Source: a virus. From it: a stretch of DNA of 30,347 nt. Shown here piece after piece: positions 7,049 to 16,436 of the stretch (positions are counted from its first letter, which is position 1; each line of letters begins with the position of its first letter). Both the position numbers and the translations under genes were made by a program. Under the pieces are notes generated by a model that made no database searches, was not told the origin of the DNA, and saw only the letters and a program-made list of their open reading frames with translations. Location of the stretch: the UHGV virus genome UHGV-1790783; one strand, 5' to 3'.

Positions 7049-7163
7049 TTCTGAATACTCCCCAGCCCGGTTTTAAACACCCAGAAAACAAATTGGTTAG
7101 GCACTGAATTAAACAAGTTGTTTAGGAGCGCAAGGATGCGCTCTGAGTGTTTTAGAGGGATCT

Positions 7164-7805
7164 ATGACTGTAGAAAAAGACGAGAGCAAAACTCGCCTGA
7201 CACCAGCTGAGTGGGCAGAAGCCGAAGCGAAGTGGACTTCCGGCGAATACACACTCTCCAGGCTGGAGGAAGAGTACGGCATTCGTCGTGAAACGCTCTC
7301 CAGACATTTCAAAAAGCGTGGATTAGAGAAAGGCGCGGACTCCGTTGGGAAGATGGTGCGCGAGTCGCTCAAATCCGACGCAGAGCTGCGTGCGAAGGCG
7401 CGTGCAGAGAAAATCGAAGAGCGCCGGACTCGTTACGACGATTGGGCGTTCGCACTCGGTCGTATGGTGATGCATGAGGTGGCCACAGCCAAGAAGGACG
7501 GCAGGCCACTGGCAGCCATCGAAGATGACCTGAAGAGTCTCCAGCGTGCCAGCGGCACACTCGCTAAGTGCTTCGAAATATCGTCGAAAGCGCTCGGTAT
7601 GGATCGCGTGGAGAACGAGGACGACGAAATCCCGAACCTGGTATTTGGCGAACTTACGCCTTCCCAGGTGGCGCAGCTGCGTAAGGAAGATGATGAGCCG
7701 GATCTGATTGATGACGATCTGCTTGAGTCACTCGAAGAGGAAGCACTGAGCGAAGCTGAGGGCGATTCTGAAGCGTCTGGTGATGAAAGTGATGGGAGCG
7801 TCTGA
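7164..7805 (+). CDS. terS: Terminase small subunit (putative)
   Basis: ORF track 213 aa, immediately upstream of and coupled to the large terminase; HTH-like N-terminus, highly acidic C-terminus; SD AGAGGGA. Call by position and composition. Confidence 0.65.
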   Translation: MTVEKDESKTRLTPAEWAEAEAKWTSGEYTLSRLEEEYGIRRETLSRHFKKRGLEKGADSVGKMVRESLKSDAELRAKARAEKIEERRTRYDDWAFALGRMVMHEVATAKKDGRPLAAIEDDLKSLQRASGTLAKCFEISSKALGMDRVENEDDEIPNLVFGELTPSQVAQLRKEDDEPDLIDDDLLESLEEEALSEAEGDSEASGDESDGSV

Positions 7806-7807
7806 CT

Positions 7808-9064
7808 ATGGCCATCCCGTCGTCTCTGAGTCTCGTACAGCTGCATTCTGGGCAGATGCAAGTCTTCCAGTCGCCACATCGTTTCAAAGTGGTGTGTGCG
7901 GGTCGACGCTGGGGTAAATCCCGGTTGTCGATCTCCACCATCATCCGCGCGGCAGCCAAAGAGAAGAAGCAACGTGTCTGGTACGTCGCACCGACTTACC
8001 AGATGGCTCGCCAGATCTTGTGGGATGACCTGCAGGAAGTTCTGCCGCGCAAATGGGTTCGTAAGAAAAACGACACCACGATGACCATCGTGCTGAAGAA
8101 CGGCTCTGAAATCGCGCTGAAAGGTGCGGATAAGCCCGATACGCTTCGTGGTGTGGCACTGCACTTTGTGGTGCTCGATGAATTTCAGGATATGAAGCCT
8201 GACACCTGGTACAAGGTACTGCGTCCGACACTGTCCTCCACCCGTGGCGGTGCGCTGATCATCGGTACGCCAAAAGGCTTCTCCGAGTTCCACAAGCTGT
8301 GGACTATCGGTCAGAACAAAGATTTGCAACGCAAGGGGCAGTGGAAGAGCTGGCAGTTCGTTACGGCCGATTCTCCGTTCGTACCGAGCGCGGAAATCGA
8401 AGCAGCGAAGAACGATATGGACCCTAAATCGTTCGCACAGGAATACCTGGCCAGCTTCGAAAACATGTCCGGACGCGTTTACTACCCGTTCGACCGCAAT
8501 GTGCATGTGAAGCCACTCCAGTTCAATCCGAAACTGCCGATCTGGGTTGGTCAGGACTTCAACATCGACCCTATGTCATCGGTCATCCTGCAGCCGCAGC
8601 CAAATGGCGAGTTGTGGGCCGTGGACGAGGTTGTGCTGTTCTCTTCCAACACGGCTGAAGTGTGTGATGAGCTGGAGCGCCGTTTCTGGCGCTGGAAGTC
8701 TCAGGTCACTATCTTCCCTGACCCGGCAGGTGCGTATCGCCAGCACGCACGCGGCGAATCGGACGTCGATATCTTCAAGGAAAAAGGTTTCCTTCGAGTC
8801 GATTATCCGAAGAAGCACCCGCCGATCGCAGACCGTGTTAACGCAGTGAACCGCATGTTGATGAGTGCCTCGGGCGAAACCCGGTTGTACATCGATCCGA
8901 AGTGCAAACACCTCATCGACTCGCTGGAGAAGGTGATCTACAAGCCAGGCTCACGCGATATGGATAAGACTGGCGGCATCGAACACAGTGCGGATGCGTT
9001 GGGTTATCCGGTTCATCGTAGGTATCCGGTTAAAAATCGTGTTATTCTTGGTGGATCTAGATAG
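7808..9064 (+). CDS. terL: Terminase large subunit (ATPase + nuclease)
   Basis: ORF track 418 aa. Walker A VVCAGRRWGKS, Walker B HFVVLDEF, C-terminal acidic nuclease-type segment VGQDFNIDP. Confidence 0.9.
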   Translation: MAIPSSLSLVQLHSGQMQVFQSPHRFKVVCAGRRWGKSRLSISTIIRAAAKEKKQRVWYVAPTYQMARQILWDDLQEVLPRKWVRKKNDTTMTIVLKNGSEIALKGADKPDTLRGVALHFVVLDEFQDMKPDTWYKVLRPTLSSTRGGALIIGTPKGFSEFHKLWTIGQNKDLQRKGQWKSWQFVTADSPFVPSAEIEAAKNDMDPKSFAQEYLASFENMSGRVYYPFDRNVHVKPLQFNPKLPIWVGQDFNIDPMSSVILQPQPNGELWAVDEVVLFSSNTAEVCDELERRFWRWKSQVTIFPDPAGAYRQHARGESDVDIFKEKGFLRVDYPKKHPPIADRVNAVNRMLMSASGETRLYIDPKCKHLIDSLEKVIYKPGSRDMDKTGGIEHSADALGYPVHRRYPVKNRVILGGSR

Positions 9065-9078
9065 GTAAGTGCTTACCT
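9063..9078 (+). promoter_or_regulatory. Short palindrome/hairpin AGGTAAG-TG-CTTACCT in the terL-portal spacer (variant of the recurring TAAGTA motif)
   Basis: Seen in sequence; overlaps the terL stop codon and precedes the portal SD. Function unknown. Confidence 0.35.
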
Positions 9079-9097
9079 AAGCGGAAAGGAAAATCAA

Positions 9098-10672
9098 ATG
9101 GAATTGACTGACAAGCAAATCAAAGACCTTGTGGCACGACGCCACCCTGAATATGAGAAGAAAAAAGAACATTGGGACTTCCTCGCCAGCACCTACGCTG
9201 GCGGGCGTGCCTGGTTCAACGACAATATCTTCCGTTACTTCAAAGAGGGCGATCAGGAGTTCAAAGAGCGCCTGGAACGCGCTTATCGCTTCAACCATAC
9301 GCGCGAAGTGGTAAACCTCATCAACAAATACCTCTTCAAAGAGGTCATTCACCGCAACACTGATGAAGCACCGGAGCAGATCCGCAATTTCTGGAAGCGA
9401 GCCACGCGCCAGAACGCCTCCATCGATGCGTTTATGGCGGCTATCGATCTGCAATCATCCATTTATGGCCGTATCTGGGTTGTCGTGGATAGCACGATGA
9501 ACGTCGATGTTGAGTCTGTTGCAGACGAGAAGAAAAATGATGCGCGTGCCTACGCTTACTGGATTTCGCCGCAGCAGCTGCTTGATGTTGCCTGGGATGA
9601 AGACGGCAATATGTTGTGGGCGCTGATTGTTGAAATCGCGCGCGACGACGAAGATCCGTTCACTTCAACCGGGCAGGAATACCAGCGTTACCGTCTGTGG
9701 ACGCAAAACGAGTGGTATCTGTTCCGTGAAGAAGTGAAGAAGGGTTCCGGAAATAGCGGTCGCCGTCAGGCCAAAGTCGTTCTGGAGGATAGCGGCCAGC
9801 ATAATCTGGGCGTGGTGCCGGTGTTCCCGGTGGATTGCATTGGTGAAAGCGAGTCTCCGTATTTTAGCCCGTCGTTGATTGACGATATTGCCTATCTTGA
9901 TCGCGCCGTGGCCAACTACCTGTCGAACCTTGACGCGATTATTCAGGATCAGACATTCAGCCAGTTAGCGATTCCGGTTCAGTCCCTGCTGCCGGGCGAT
10001 GAAAACCACACCAAAGTGCTCGAAATGGGGACAAAACGTGTCTTCACCTTCGATTCTGAGAGCGGTAATCAGCCATTCTATCTGTCTCCAGACCCGAAAC
10101 AGGCTCAGATGATCATCACCACGATTAAGACGGTGATTAATGAGATCTACCATTCCGTTGGTGTGGCTGGTGAGCGAACCAAGCAGGATAACGCGCAGGG
10201 TATCGACAACTCTTCGGGGGCAGCGAAGATGTACGACTTCCAACGTATTAACAGTCTGCTGGTGACAAAAGCAGAGCGCCTCGAAAGGGCAGAACGCCAA
10301 ATGATGGAGTTGGCTGCGAAATGGATGGGCATCGAATTGGATGAAGACCACTCTCTGATCGCTTACCCGGAGAGTTTCGATATTCGTGGTCTGACTGACG
10401 AATTTGCCGTCGCTGAGAAATTGTCGCTGTTACAGGCGCCTGATTCTGTACGTCGTCATCAGATGGAAATGCTCATAGAAAAGATCTTCCCGAATATTTC
10501 CGAAGCGATGCAAAAGGAATTTAAAAAAGATCTCTTGAAATTTCCTCTAAAAAATGCTCCTGGCGCCCTTGAAAATAAGTCAGTACTTACTTATGATCGA
10601 GATACAGTCCAAGAAAGCGGACGAGATCAACCCCGAGGGAATGGGGACTCATCTACTCAAGAGACCGAGTGA
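9098..10672 (+). CDS. Portal protein (putative)
   Basis: ORF track 524 aa, directly after terL and before the scaffold/capsid genes; SD AAAGGA. Assigned by size and conserved gene order. Confidence 0.75.
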   Translation: MELTDKQIKDLVARRHPEYEKKKEHWDFLASTYAGGRAWFNDNIFRYFKEGDQEFKERLERAYRFNHTREVVNLINKYLFKEVIHRNTDEAPEQIRNFWKRATRQNASIDAFMAAIDLQSSIYGRIWVVVDSTMNVDVESVADEKKNDARAYAYWISPQQLLDVAWDEDGNMLWALIVEIARDDEDPFTSTGQEYQRYRLWTQNEWYLFREEVKKGSGNSGRRQAKVVLEDSGQHNLGVVPVFPVDCIGESESPYFSPSLIDDIAYLDRAVANYLSNLDAIIQDQTFSQLAIPVQSLLPGDENHTKVLEMGTKRVFTFDSESGNQPFYLSPDPKQAQMIITTIKTVINEIYHSVGVAGERTKQDNAQGIDNSSGAAKMYDFQRINSLLVTKAERLERAERQMMELAAKWMGIELDEDHSLIAYPESFDIRGLTDEFAVAEKLSLLQAPDSVRRHQMEMLIEKIFPNISEAMQKEFKKDLLKFPLKNAPGALENKSVLTYDRDTVQESGRDQPRGNGDSSTQETE

Positions 10673-10694
10673 TAAGTAACGAAAAGGTATTTCT

Positions 10695-11591
10695 ATGAAT
10701 CTGTGGCAAATGCTTATGGCCCGTCGTGGCCTGATGGATGTAGCCGAAGCGCATGAGCGCGGCGGCGCTGGTGGCGGTGCTCCTGCTGGAGACAATGAGC
10801 AGAGCATTCAAGACCCAGGCAAACAGGGCGAGCAAAAAGAGCAACCGAAGGGTGACGACGATGAGTATGCCGGTATGACTCAGGAAGAGTTGCTGGCAGA
10901 ACTGCGTAAGTCTAAGAAAGCCGGTGCTGATCTGTTGAAAGAGAACATGAAGCGCAAGGAGAAAGAGCGCACATTGGCCGATCAGCTGGCTCAGTACGGT
11001 GATATTGACCCGACGCGTGCTCGTCAGCTTCTCGAAGCTGAACAAGCCGCAGAAACCGCACGTCGGGAGGCGGAGCAGGCTGAACTGGAACGTCGTGGTG
11101 AGTTCGATGCTGTGAAAAAGCAGATGATCGAAGCACACCAGACTGAACTGGCACAGCGCGACGAACGCTACTCCGCTCTGGAGAGCGAGAACGCCGCACT
11201 GAAGGCTCAACTGGTCGAAATGACTGTTGGTGTTTCCTTCAGCAGTTCTGCTTTCCTGCGTGACAAAGTTCTGATGACTCCGGCTAAGGCACGCGTTATC
11301 TACGGCTCTCATTTCGAAGTGGGTGAAGACGGTAGTGTTGTGGGCTTTGATAAGCCAGCCGGTCAGAAAGAACGTGCAGTTCTGGTTGACGGTGAAGGCA
11401 AGCCGTTACCGTTCGAATCCGCGATTGAGCGCATTCTGCGTGCAGATCCGGAAGCTGACGCACTGTTGCGTAGCGAAGCCAAGCAGGGTGCTGGTTCCAA
11501 TAGCAAACCGACCCACAAAGTAAGCCAGCCGAAGAGCAAGTCGACTATGGATAAGTTGACCTCCGGTCTGGGAAAAATCGGACTCAAGTAA
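10695..11591 (+). CDS. Scaffolding-like protein (putative)
   Basis: ORF track 298 aa; Gly/Ala-rich N-terminus, long charged helical (coiled-coil-like) middle, located between portal and major capsid gene. No protease motif recognised. Confidence 0.55.
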   Translation: MNLWQMLMARRGLMDVAEAHERGGAGGGAPAGDNEQSIQDPGKQGEQKEQPKGDDDEYAGMTQEELLAELRKSKKAGADLLKENMKRKEKERTLADQLAQYGDIDPTRARQLLEAEQAAETARREAEQAELERRGEFDAVKKQMIEAHQTELAQRDERYSALESENAALKAQLVEMTVGVSFSSSAFLRDKVLMTPAKARVIYGSHFEVGEDGSVVGFDKPAGQKERAVLVDGEGKPLPFESAIERILRADPEADALLRSEAKQGAGSNSKPTHKVSQPKSKSTMDKLTSGLGKIGLK

Positions 11592-11617
11592 CATCTTAAA
11601 TCATAGGGAAATGAAAG

Positions 11618-12493
11618 ATGCCATTACTGCGTGATGAAGCTGAAAAGCTGTCTAATAACGAACTTGAGCAGGGTGTGATCGAGACCATCATCGATCGCGA
11701 TGACCTGTTCGCTATTCTGCCTTTCATGAAGATTAATTCTAAGGCATACCTTTACAACCGCGAAGCTACCCTGAGCGAAGCTACCTTCATTGATGTGAAC
11801 GACACCATCACTGAAGGCGCAGCAACCTTCAGCGAACACGTTGCGAAGCTACGTATCCTGGCAGGCGACGTAGACGTCGACAAATTCCTGGCGACCACTA
11901 TGTCCGACACCAACAACCAGCTGGCAATCCAGGTTCGTCAGAAGGTGAAAGGTCTGGCTCGCGCATTCCGCCGCAACCTGATTCTGGGCGACTCCAGCAC
12001 CAACACCAAAGCGTTCGACGGTATTCCGAAACTGATGCACGACGATCAGAAGATCGATATCGAAGGCGCTTCCATGACCTTCTCCATGTTCGACGAACTG
12101 GTCGACGCGGTGAAAGATCTGGGTGCGGACTGCATCATGATGCGCTCCGAGCATCTGCGTGCTTATCGCGCTCTGCTGCGTACCGTTAATATCGGCCCGT
12201 CCGAAATTATGATGGAAAACTTCGGTCGACCGATGTTGTGCCACAACGGTGTACCTTTCATCGTGAACGACTTCATCCCGACTGACGCGGGCAAAGCAAG
12301 CATCTACTGTCTGCACCTGTCCGAAGAGAACGGTGTGACCGGTCTGTATGGCGGTGAAAACGCTGGTATCGTTGTTGAGAACATCGGTACTGTTCAGAAC
12401 AAAGACGCAACCCGTACCCGCGTTAAGTGGTACTGCTCTCTGGCGAACAAGCACGACAAAGCTATCGCCGCGCTGACCAATGTAAAAATTTGA
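11618..12493 (+). CDS. Major capsid protein (putative)
   Basis: ORF track 291 aa, strong SD, follows the scaffold gene and is followed by a strong intrinsic terminator. Assigned by position and size. Confidence 0.65.
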   Translation: MPLLRDEAEKLSNNELEQGVIETIIDRDDLFAILPFMKINSKAYLYNREATLSEATFIDVNDTITEGAATFSEHVAKLRILAGDVDVDKFLATTMSDTNNQLAIQVRQKVKGLARAFRRNLILGDSSTNTKAFDGIPKLMHDDQKIDIEGASMTFSMFDELVDAVKDLGADCIMMRSEHLRAYRALLRTVNIGPSEIMMENFGRPMLCHNGVPFIVNDFIPTDAGKASIYCLHLSEENGVTGLYGGENAGIVVENIGTVQNKDATRTRVKWYCSLANKHDKAIAALTNVKI

Positions 12494-12528
12494 TCAGAAT
12501 AGTAGGTAAATAGTTATCTACTTAATAT

Positions 12529-12554
12529 GGGTGGGCTATACGCCCACCTTTTTT
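12529..12554 (+). terminator. Rho-independent terminator after the capsid gene
   Basis: Seen in sequence: GGTGGGC-TATAC-GCCCACC (7-bp GC-rich stem) followed by TTTTTT. Confidence 0.85.
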
Positions 12555-12567
12555 GTAGGAGTGATAA

Positions 12568-12996
12568 ATGCCAGAACAAAAGATGAAAATCATGGAGGAG
12601 ACGTTTGCGGATTTCACAGGGCATATGTGCCGTGCCGGATTCACCAACTCCGTCTCCAACGAGCCTCTGAGCGAGCGCCAGCAGAACCATCTTGCGGCTT
12701 GCTTCCGGACAGTTCCGTTCACGCAGTCTGTCAGCGTGGAGTCTGTTGCTCTGACTCCTGATTCTGTCTCTGTTGAGAAGGGGAAGTCAGTCAAATTGCG
12801 AGTTGATGTGCAACCGTCAAACGCAACCAATCAAAAAGTCACCTGGACTTCTCAAAATAGCGACAAAGCGACCGTGGATCAGAACGGTAACGTAGTTGGC
12901 GTAGCCGTTGGTACGGCAACCATTGAAGTGGCTTCACAGGATGGCAGTCACAAAGCGACTGCGACCGTTGAAGTGACCGCAGCACCGGCTGCGTAA
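12568..12996 (+). CDS. Ig-like (Big_2-type) domain protein, probable capsid decoration/accessory protein
   Basis: ORF track 142 aa, SD TAGGAGTG. C-terminal ~80 aa (VTWTSQNSDKATVDQNGNVVGVAVGTATIEVASQDG...) resembles bacterial Ig-like group 2 domains and the C-terminus of the major tail protein in this window. Confidence 0.7.
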   Translation: MPEQKMKIMEETFADFTGHMCRAGFTNSVSNEPLSERQQNHLAACFRTVPFTQSVSVESVALTPDSVSVEKGKSVKLRVDVQPSNATNQKVTWTSQNSDKATVDQNGNVVGVAVGTATIEVASQDGSHKATATVEVTAAPAA

Positions 12997-13039
12997 CCAA
13001 CATATGGGCAGCATAGCTGTCCATTAAGTGAGAAGAAAA

Positions 13040-13474
13040 ATGAAACCAGCAAAAATTCGTTTATTGGAGCCTCAATTTTTGGGGTACACGGGGATTCTCT
13101 GCGGTATCAAGTTTGTAGACGGTATCTCAGTTGCTGAACTGCCATTCGTCGATCAGCAGCGGATTTGTGCTTCCATGCGTGCGACTACCGTTGAAGGTAA
13201 AAATGTATCTCCTTCTGCCGCGTACAGTAGCCGCAATAACTTGACTGCGGAAGACATTGTCGAGACGCCAGCCCCGGATATTGTGCCAATGAAACGTGGT
13301 GCGGCTGAAACAAAGCCCAAACCGGTACAGCGCTTTACTCGTGAAGAACTGGAGTCGATTGCGGACTGTGAAGGTATTGCGGGTCTTCGTCAGATCGGCA
13401 ACCAAATTGGCGTGAAAGCCAAAGGCATCGTTGAAATGATCGAGGGTATCCTGAAAGCACAGGGCGGTGAGTAA
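13040..13474 (+). CDS. Hypothetical head/neck-region protein
   Basis: In-frame ATG at 13040 within track ORF 13028..13474 (GTGAGAAG upstream). Stop overlaps next start (TAATG). Function unassigned. Confidence 0.5.
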   Translation: MKPAKIRLLEPQFLGYTGILCGIKFVDGISVAELPFVDQQRICASMRATTVEGKNVSPSAAYSSRNNLTAEDIVETPAPDIVPMKRGAAETKPKPVQRFTREELESIADCEGIAGLRQIGNQIGVKAKGIVEMIEGILKAQGGE

Positions 13475-14307
13475 TGGCACAGATCGACACGTACCGTAGC
13501 GGGGAAGCCGTTTCCCTGTCGTTTGCATTTAACGTTCTGGGTATTGAGTCGGCAACGTATACCGTCAGAGATGGCGCTGGTTCGATCATCGTTGATAACG
13601 AACCTCTCGATATTACTGAGGGGCAGATGTCCATTCCGGTTGTCGTGTCGGCCGAACACAACCTGCTTGCCGACAAAGAGCGCGATCTGCGTTACGTCCT
13701 CGTCAAAGCGGTGGCATCCGGTCTGACGCATGAAGAGCGCAAGATGTACGTTCTGCTAAATAGCTTCGAGCTGTCTATTCCAGGCCAGTCATTCGCAACG
13801 GTCGCAGACGCCCAGATGCAAGCCATCGACATGCTGAACGGCGACACTCTGTTGGCTGATGGTGACGGGCTGATGCGCAAACGTCTCATTGAGGCCACCA
13901 GACGCGTCAAAACGCTGCCGTTTTCAATCCGCAAAGTCCTTCGTATCGATTTCGATCGGTACGACCGTCCACAAAACATGCTGAACGTATATGACGTACC
14001 GTGGGGTGCTGACGGGGCATATCGTCACGATCTGATTGATTGGGAGAAGATGACGCAGGATAAATTCGACGAATTCCCTGACTACTTCAAACAGACATTA
14101 ATGCTGGCCGTGGTTAATGAAGCCTGCGAAATCGCTAACGGCAATGACGTAGCGGCAGCTCGCGAGGACGGCATCCTGTCTGAATCCATTGGTGAAACGA
14201 CAAATATGTACCGCACCGGCAAAGCGGCAAATTTACATGTGGCTCGCAGTACCTGGAGACTGCTGGTCAGCTACATCAACAACCGCATGATTGTTCGCCG
14301 TGCGTAA
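13474..14307 (+). CDS. Hypothetical structural protein (head-tail connector/adaptor region)
   Basis: ORF track 277 aa, coupled to the upstream gene; position between capsid and tail genes. No motif recognised. Confidence 0.5.
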   Translation: MAQIDTYRSGEAVSLSFAFNVLGIESATYTVRDGAGSIIVDNEPLDITEGQMSIPVVVSAEHNLLADKERDLRYVLVKAVASGLTHEERKMYVLLNSFELSIPGQSFATVADAQMQAIDMLNGDTLLADGDGLMRKRLIEATRRVKTLPFSIRKVLRIDFDRYDRPQNMLNVYDVPWGADGAYRHDLIDWEKMTQDKFDEFPDYFKQTLMLAVVNEACEIANGNDVAAAREDGILSESIGETTNMYRTGKAANLHVARSTWRLLVSYINNRMIVRRA

Positions 14308-14404
14308 CGCCAGTCGCATTATTTACTTCTGGTCGAAAGGCTCAAGACGCACAATCGCGCCTTCGCCTGGTAATGCGTGCGGATGCCAACCACAGGGAGA
14401 GTGC

Positions 14405-14749
14405 ATGAACATTTCATGGCAAGCAGAGATGGCGATTTACCGTCTGGGTTCGAAGAATGTCTACGGTGAAGTGCAATTGCAGTTCGTCAGGAAGACGAAC
14501 GTCGGTGTCGTTAAGTTTGAACAAAGTAATGAGAAGTCATCGGTACGTGCGGACAGCTCCGGCAGTCGCGGAAAAGCCAATATGGAATTGTTCGATGCCG
14601 TTCTGGTGGTCCCACTTGAGGCCGCAGTACAGCTTGATGACGTTCTCATTCTGGAGGGGCAAAAGCTGAAGGTATCCAGCGTGCATCGTCGCTGGGGACT
14701 GCGTGGGCGCCCTGGGCATCTGGAAGTAGGGGCAAACATATGGGTCTGA
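14405..14749 (+). CDS. Hypothetical head-tail joining protein
   Basis: ATG at 14405 with SD AGGGAGAG; the track ORF 14291..14749 starts at a non-ATG codon overlapping the previous gene, which I consider less likely. Confidence 0.45.
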   Translation: MNISWQAEMAIYRLGSKNVYGEVQLQFVRKTNVGVVKFEQSNEKSSVRADSSGSRGKANMELFDAVLVVPLEAAVQLDDVLILEGQKLKVSSVHRRWGLRGRPGHLEVGANIWV

Positions 14750-15213
14750 AGTACGACGCGCATCAGTTTAAGCGTGCTGGCGACAGGCTCAATAACAGCC
14801 AGAAAGCCTTTAAGCGTTATCTCATCCGTGACATGGAGAAGCTGGCGCGTCTGGTTGAGCGTCTGGCGCGGGCAATGGCTCCGCTGGAGACTGGCTCACT
14901 CGAAAGCGCGATCTTCGCGAGAGTGGTCAAAGAGGGTTATACCGGGCTGCGTATTGAGTTATCGGTATCCGGGGCCAAGCCACGCGAGGGGCATCCGGGC
15001 GTTGAGGTTGGCGATTATGCGGAGTACATGGAATTGGGTAAGTATCGTCTCGGCTATCTCTCTCGCATGAAGAGCGTCACCAACCCGCCAGTCGCTGGTG
15101 TGAAGCCACGAGTTGGGCCTTTGTTCCTTGAGAGAGCCGTACAGATCAGTGAGAAACAGTTCACTCAGACGATAGCTGAAGCGGCAAGGAAAGCAGGTTT
15201 TACGAGAGGTTGA
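14740..15213 (+). CDS. Hypothetical head-tail joining / tail completion protein
   Basis: ORF track 157 aa, ATG overlaps the upstream stop; SD GGAAGTAGGGG. Assigned by position only. Confidence 0.5.
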   Translation: MGLKYDAHQFKRAGDRLNNSQKAFKRYLIRDMEKLARLVERLARAMAPLETGSLESAIFARVVKEGYTGLRIELSVSGAKPREGHPGVEVGDYAEYMELGKYRLGYLSRMKSVTNPPVAGVKPRVGPLFLERAVQISEKQFTQTIAEAARKAGFTRG

Positions 15214-15214
15214 T

Positions 15215-15598
15215 GTGTTTATTGAAGCATTTGCGAGCCTGATGCAGAAGGCGAAGATCGGTACACTCGGCACTGACATCTTTTGTCACTACATGCCAGC
15301 CAATGTGAAGTCCGGTGTTCTGTTGGTTAATCCCAATACGGGGATCGCTATTGACCATGAGTTGAAAGGCTTTTATCACGACTCTTTTACCGTCATCGTG
15401 CGTAATGCGACGATCACAAAGGCGGTGGCGAAAGCCAATAAGATCATGGACATGTTTCCGGTCGAGGAAACCGTGTCAGATGGCGTTTACTTCCGGTTGG
15501 TACGACCAATGTCGATGCCGATAACTTATCCAAAAAACGAAGGCTCGTTGATTGAAGCGGGCATCCCGATTGAATTTGCGGGCTATTTGTTGAATTAA
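15215..15598 (+). CDS. Hypothetical tail component immediately upstream of the major tail protein (possible tail terminator)
   Basis: ORF track 127 aa with GTG start 2 nt after the upstream stop (GAGAGG SD). Role is positional inference. Confidence 0.45.
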   Translation: MFIEAFASLMQKAKIGTLGTDIFCHYMPANVKSGVLLVNPNTGIAIDHELKGFYHDSFTVIVRNATITKAVAKANKIMDMFPVEETVSDGVYFRLVRPMSMPITYPKNEGSLIEAGIPIEFAGYLLN

Positions 15599-15620
15599 CA
15601 AAATAAGTAAGTATATACTT
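15590..15620 (+). promoter_or_regulatory. Putative promoter for the major tail protein gene containing the ATAAGTAAGTA motif
   Basis: Seen in sequence: TTGAAT (15590..15595), 18-nt spacer containing ATAAGTAAG, then TATACT (15614..15619); contains the 12-bp palindrome AAGTATATACTT. Confidence 0.5.
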
Positions 15621-15672
15621 GCTATTGGCGCCATGAAGGTGCTGATTTAACGGAAAAAGGAGTTTTCCAACA

Positions 15673-16419
15673 ATGTCCAATACCCATGTAAAAAACATCA
15701 AACTTGGCGCCTGCAAAGTGTCGTTTGGTGGTGTTGATCTGGGTTACACCAAAGGCGGTGTTCAGGTTGAGGTTGCGACCGAAACTCTGAAAGTTACCGT
15801 AGACCAGCTAGGGCAAACCACCATCTCCGAGCTGGTACAGGGCCGTAACATCACTATCACTGCGCCGCTGGCTGAGTCTGTGTTGCAGAATATGGTCGAT
15901 CTGATGCCGGGTTCTACCCTGAGTGAAGAAGATAACTCTGTGACCATCACTTCCGCACAGGGCGTCAACCTGATCGACGTAGCTAAAGAGCTGGTTCTGA
16001 CCCCGCAGGATACCACCGACTACGTTCTGACCATCCCGAAAGCTGCGACCGCAGGTAACTTCACCATGACCTACCAGTCTGATGATGTTCGCGTGTTCTC
16101 GGTTCAGTTCACCGCTTACCCGGATGACGACGGTATTCTGGGGAAAATGAGCGGCCCAAAGCCGGTTAAATCCGTCTCTATCTCTCCGGATTCTCCGGAA
16201 GTTAAAGCCGGTGAGAGCGTGCAGCTGGCAGCCCAGATCACACCTGCAGATGCCGGCGACAAAACCGGTGTGTGGGAGTCCGACAATCAGGAGAAGGCTA
16301 CCGTTGATCAGACTGGTCTGGTTCGCGGAGTAGCTGAAGGTTCGGCAAATATCTCCTTCACCAGCAATAGCGGCGGCAAGAAAGCGACCAAAGCTGTAAC
16401 GGTTAATTCTGCCGAATAA
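15673..16419 (+). CDS. Major tail (tube) protein with C-terminal Ig-like (Big_2) domain
   Basis: ORF track 248 aa, strong SD AAAGGAG, flanked by promoter-like motif and terminator. C-terminal ~80 aa (VWESDNQEKATVDQTGLVRGVAEGSANISF...) is Big_2-like; the domain architecture resembles lambda gpV as I recall it. Confidence 0.8.
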   Translation: MSNTHVKNIKLGACKVSFGGVDLGYTKGGVQVEVATETLKVTVDQLGQTTISELVQGRNITITAPLAESVLQNMVDLMPGSTLSEEDNSVTITSAQGVNLIDVAKELVLTPQDTTDYVLTIPKAATAGNFTMTYQSDDVRVFSVQFTAYPDDDGILGKMSGPKPVKSVSISPDSPEVKAGESVQLAAQITPADAGDKTGVWESDNQEKATVDQTGLVRGVAEGSANISFTSNSGGKKATKAVTVNSAE

Positions 16420-16436
16420 TCGTGACGTGACTAAGC

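Noticed and set aside
7433-8506. 357-aa minus-strand ORF overlapping terS and terL
   Set aside because: terL on the plus strand has clear Walker A and B motifs; the antisense ORF is Ser/Arg-rich low complexity.
10653-11312. 219-aa minus-strand ORF overlapping the scaffold-like gene
   Set aside because: Antisense to a plus-strand gene with a proper start and operon context; Leu/Phe/Cys-rich composition typical of a shadow frame.
14291-14404. Non-ATG-initiated 5' extension of the 14405..14749 gene and a similar TTG extension of the tape-measure gene (17133..17153)
   Set aside because: Each extension lacks a ribosome-binding site, while an in-frame ATG with a good site lies just downstream.
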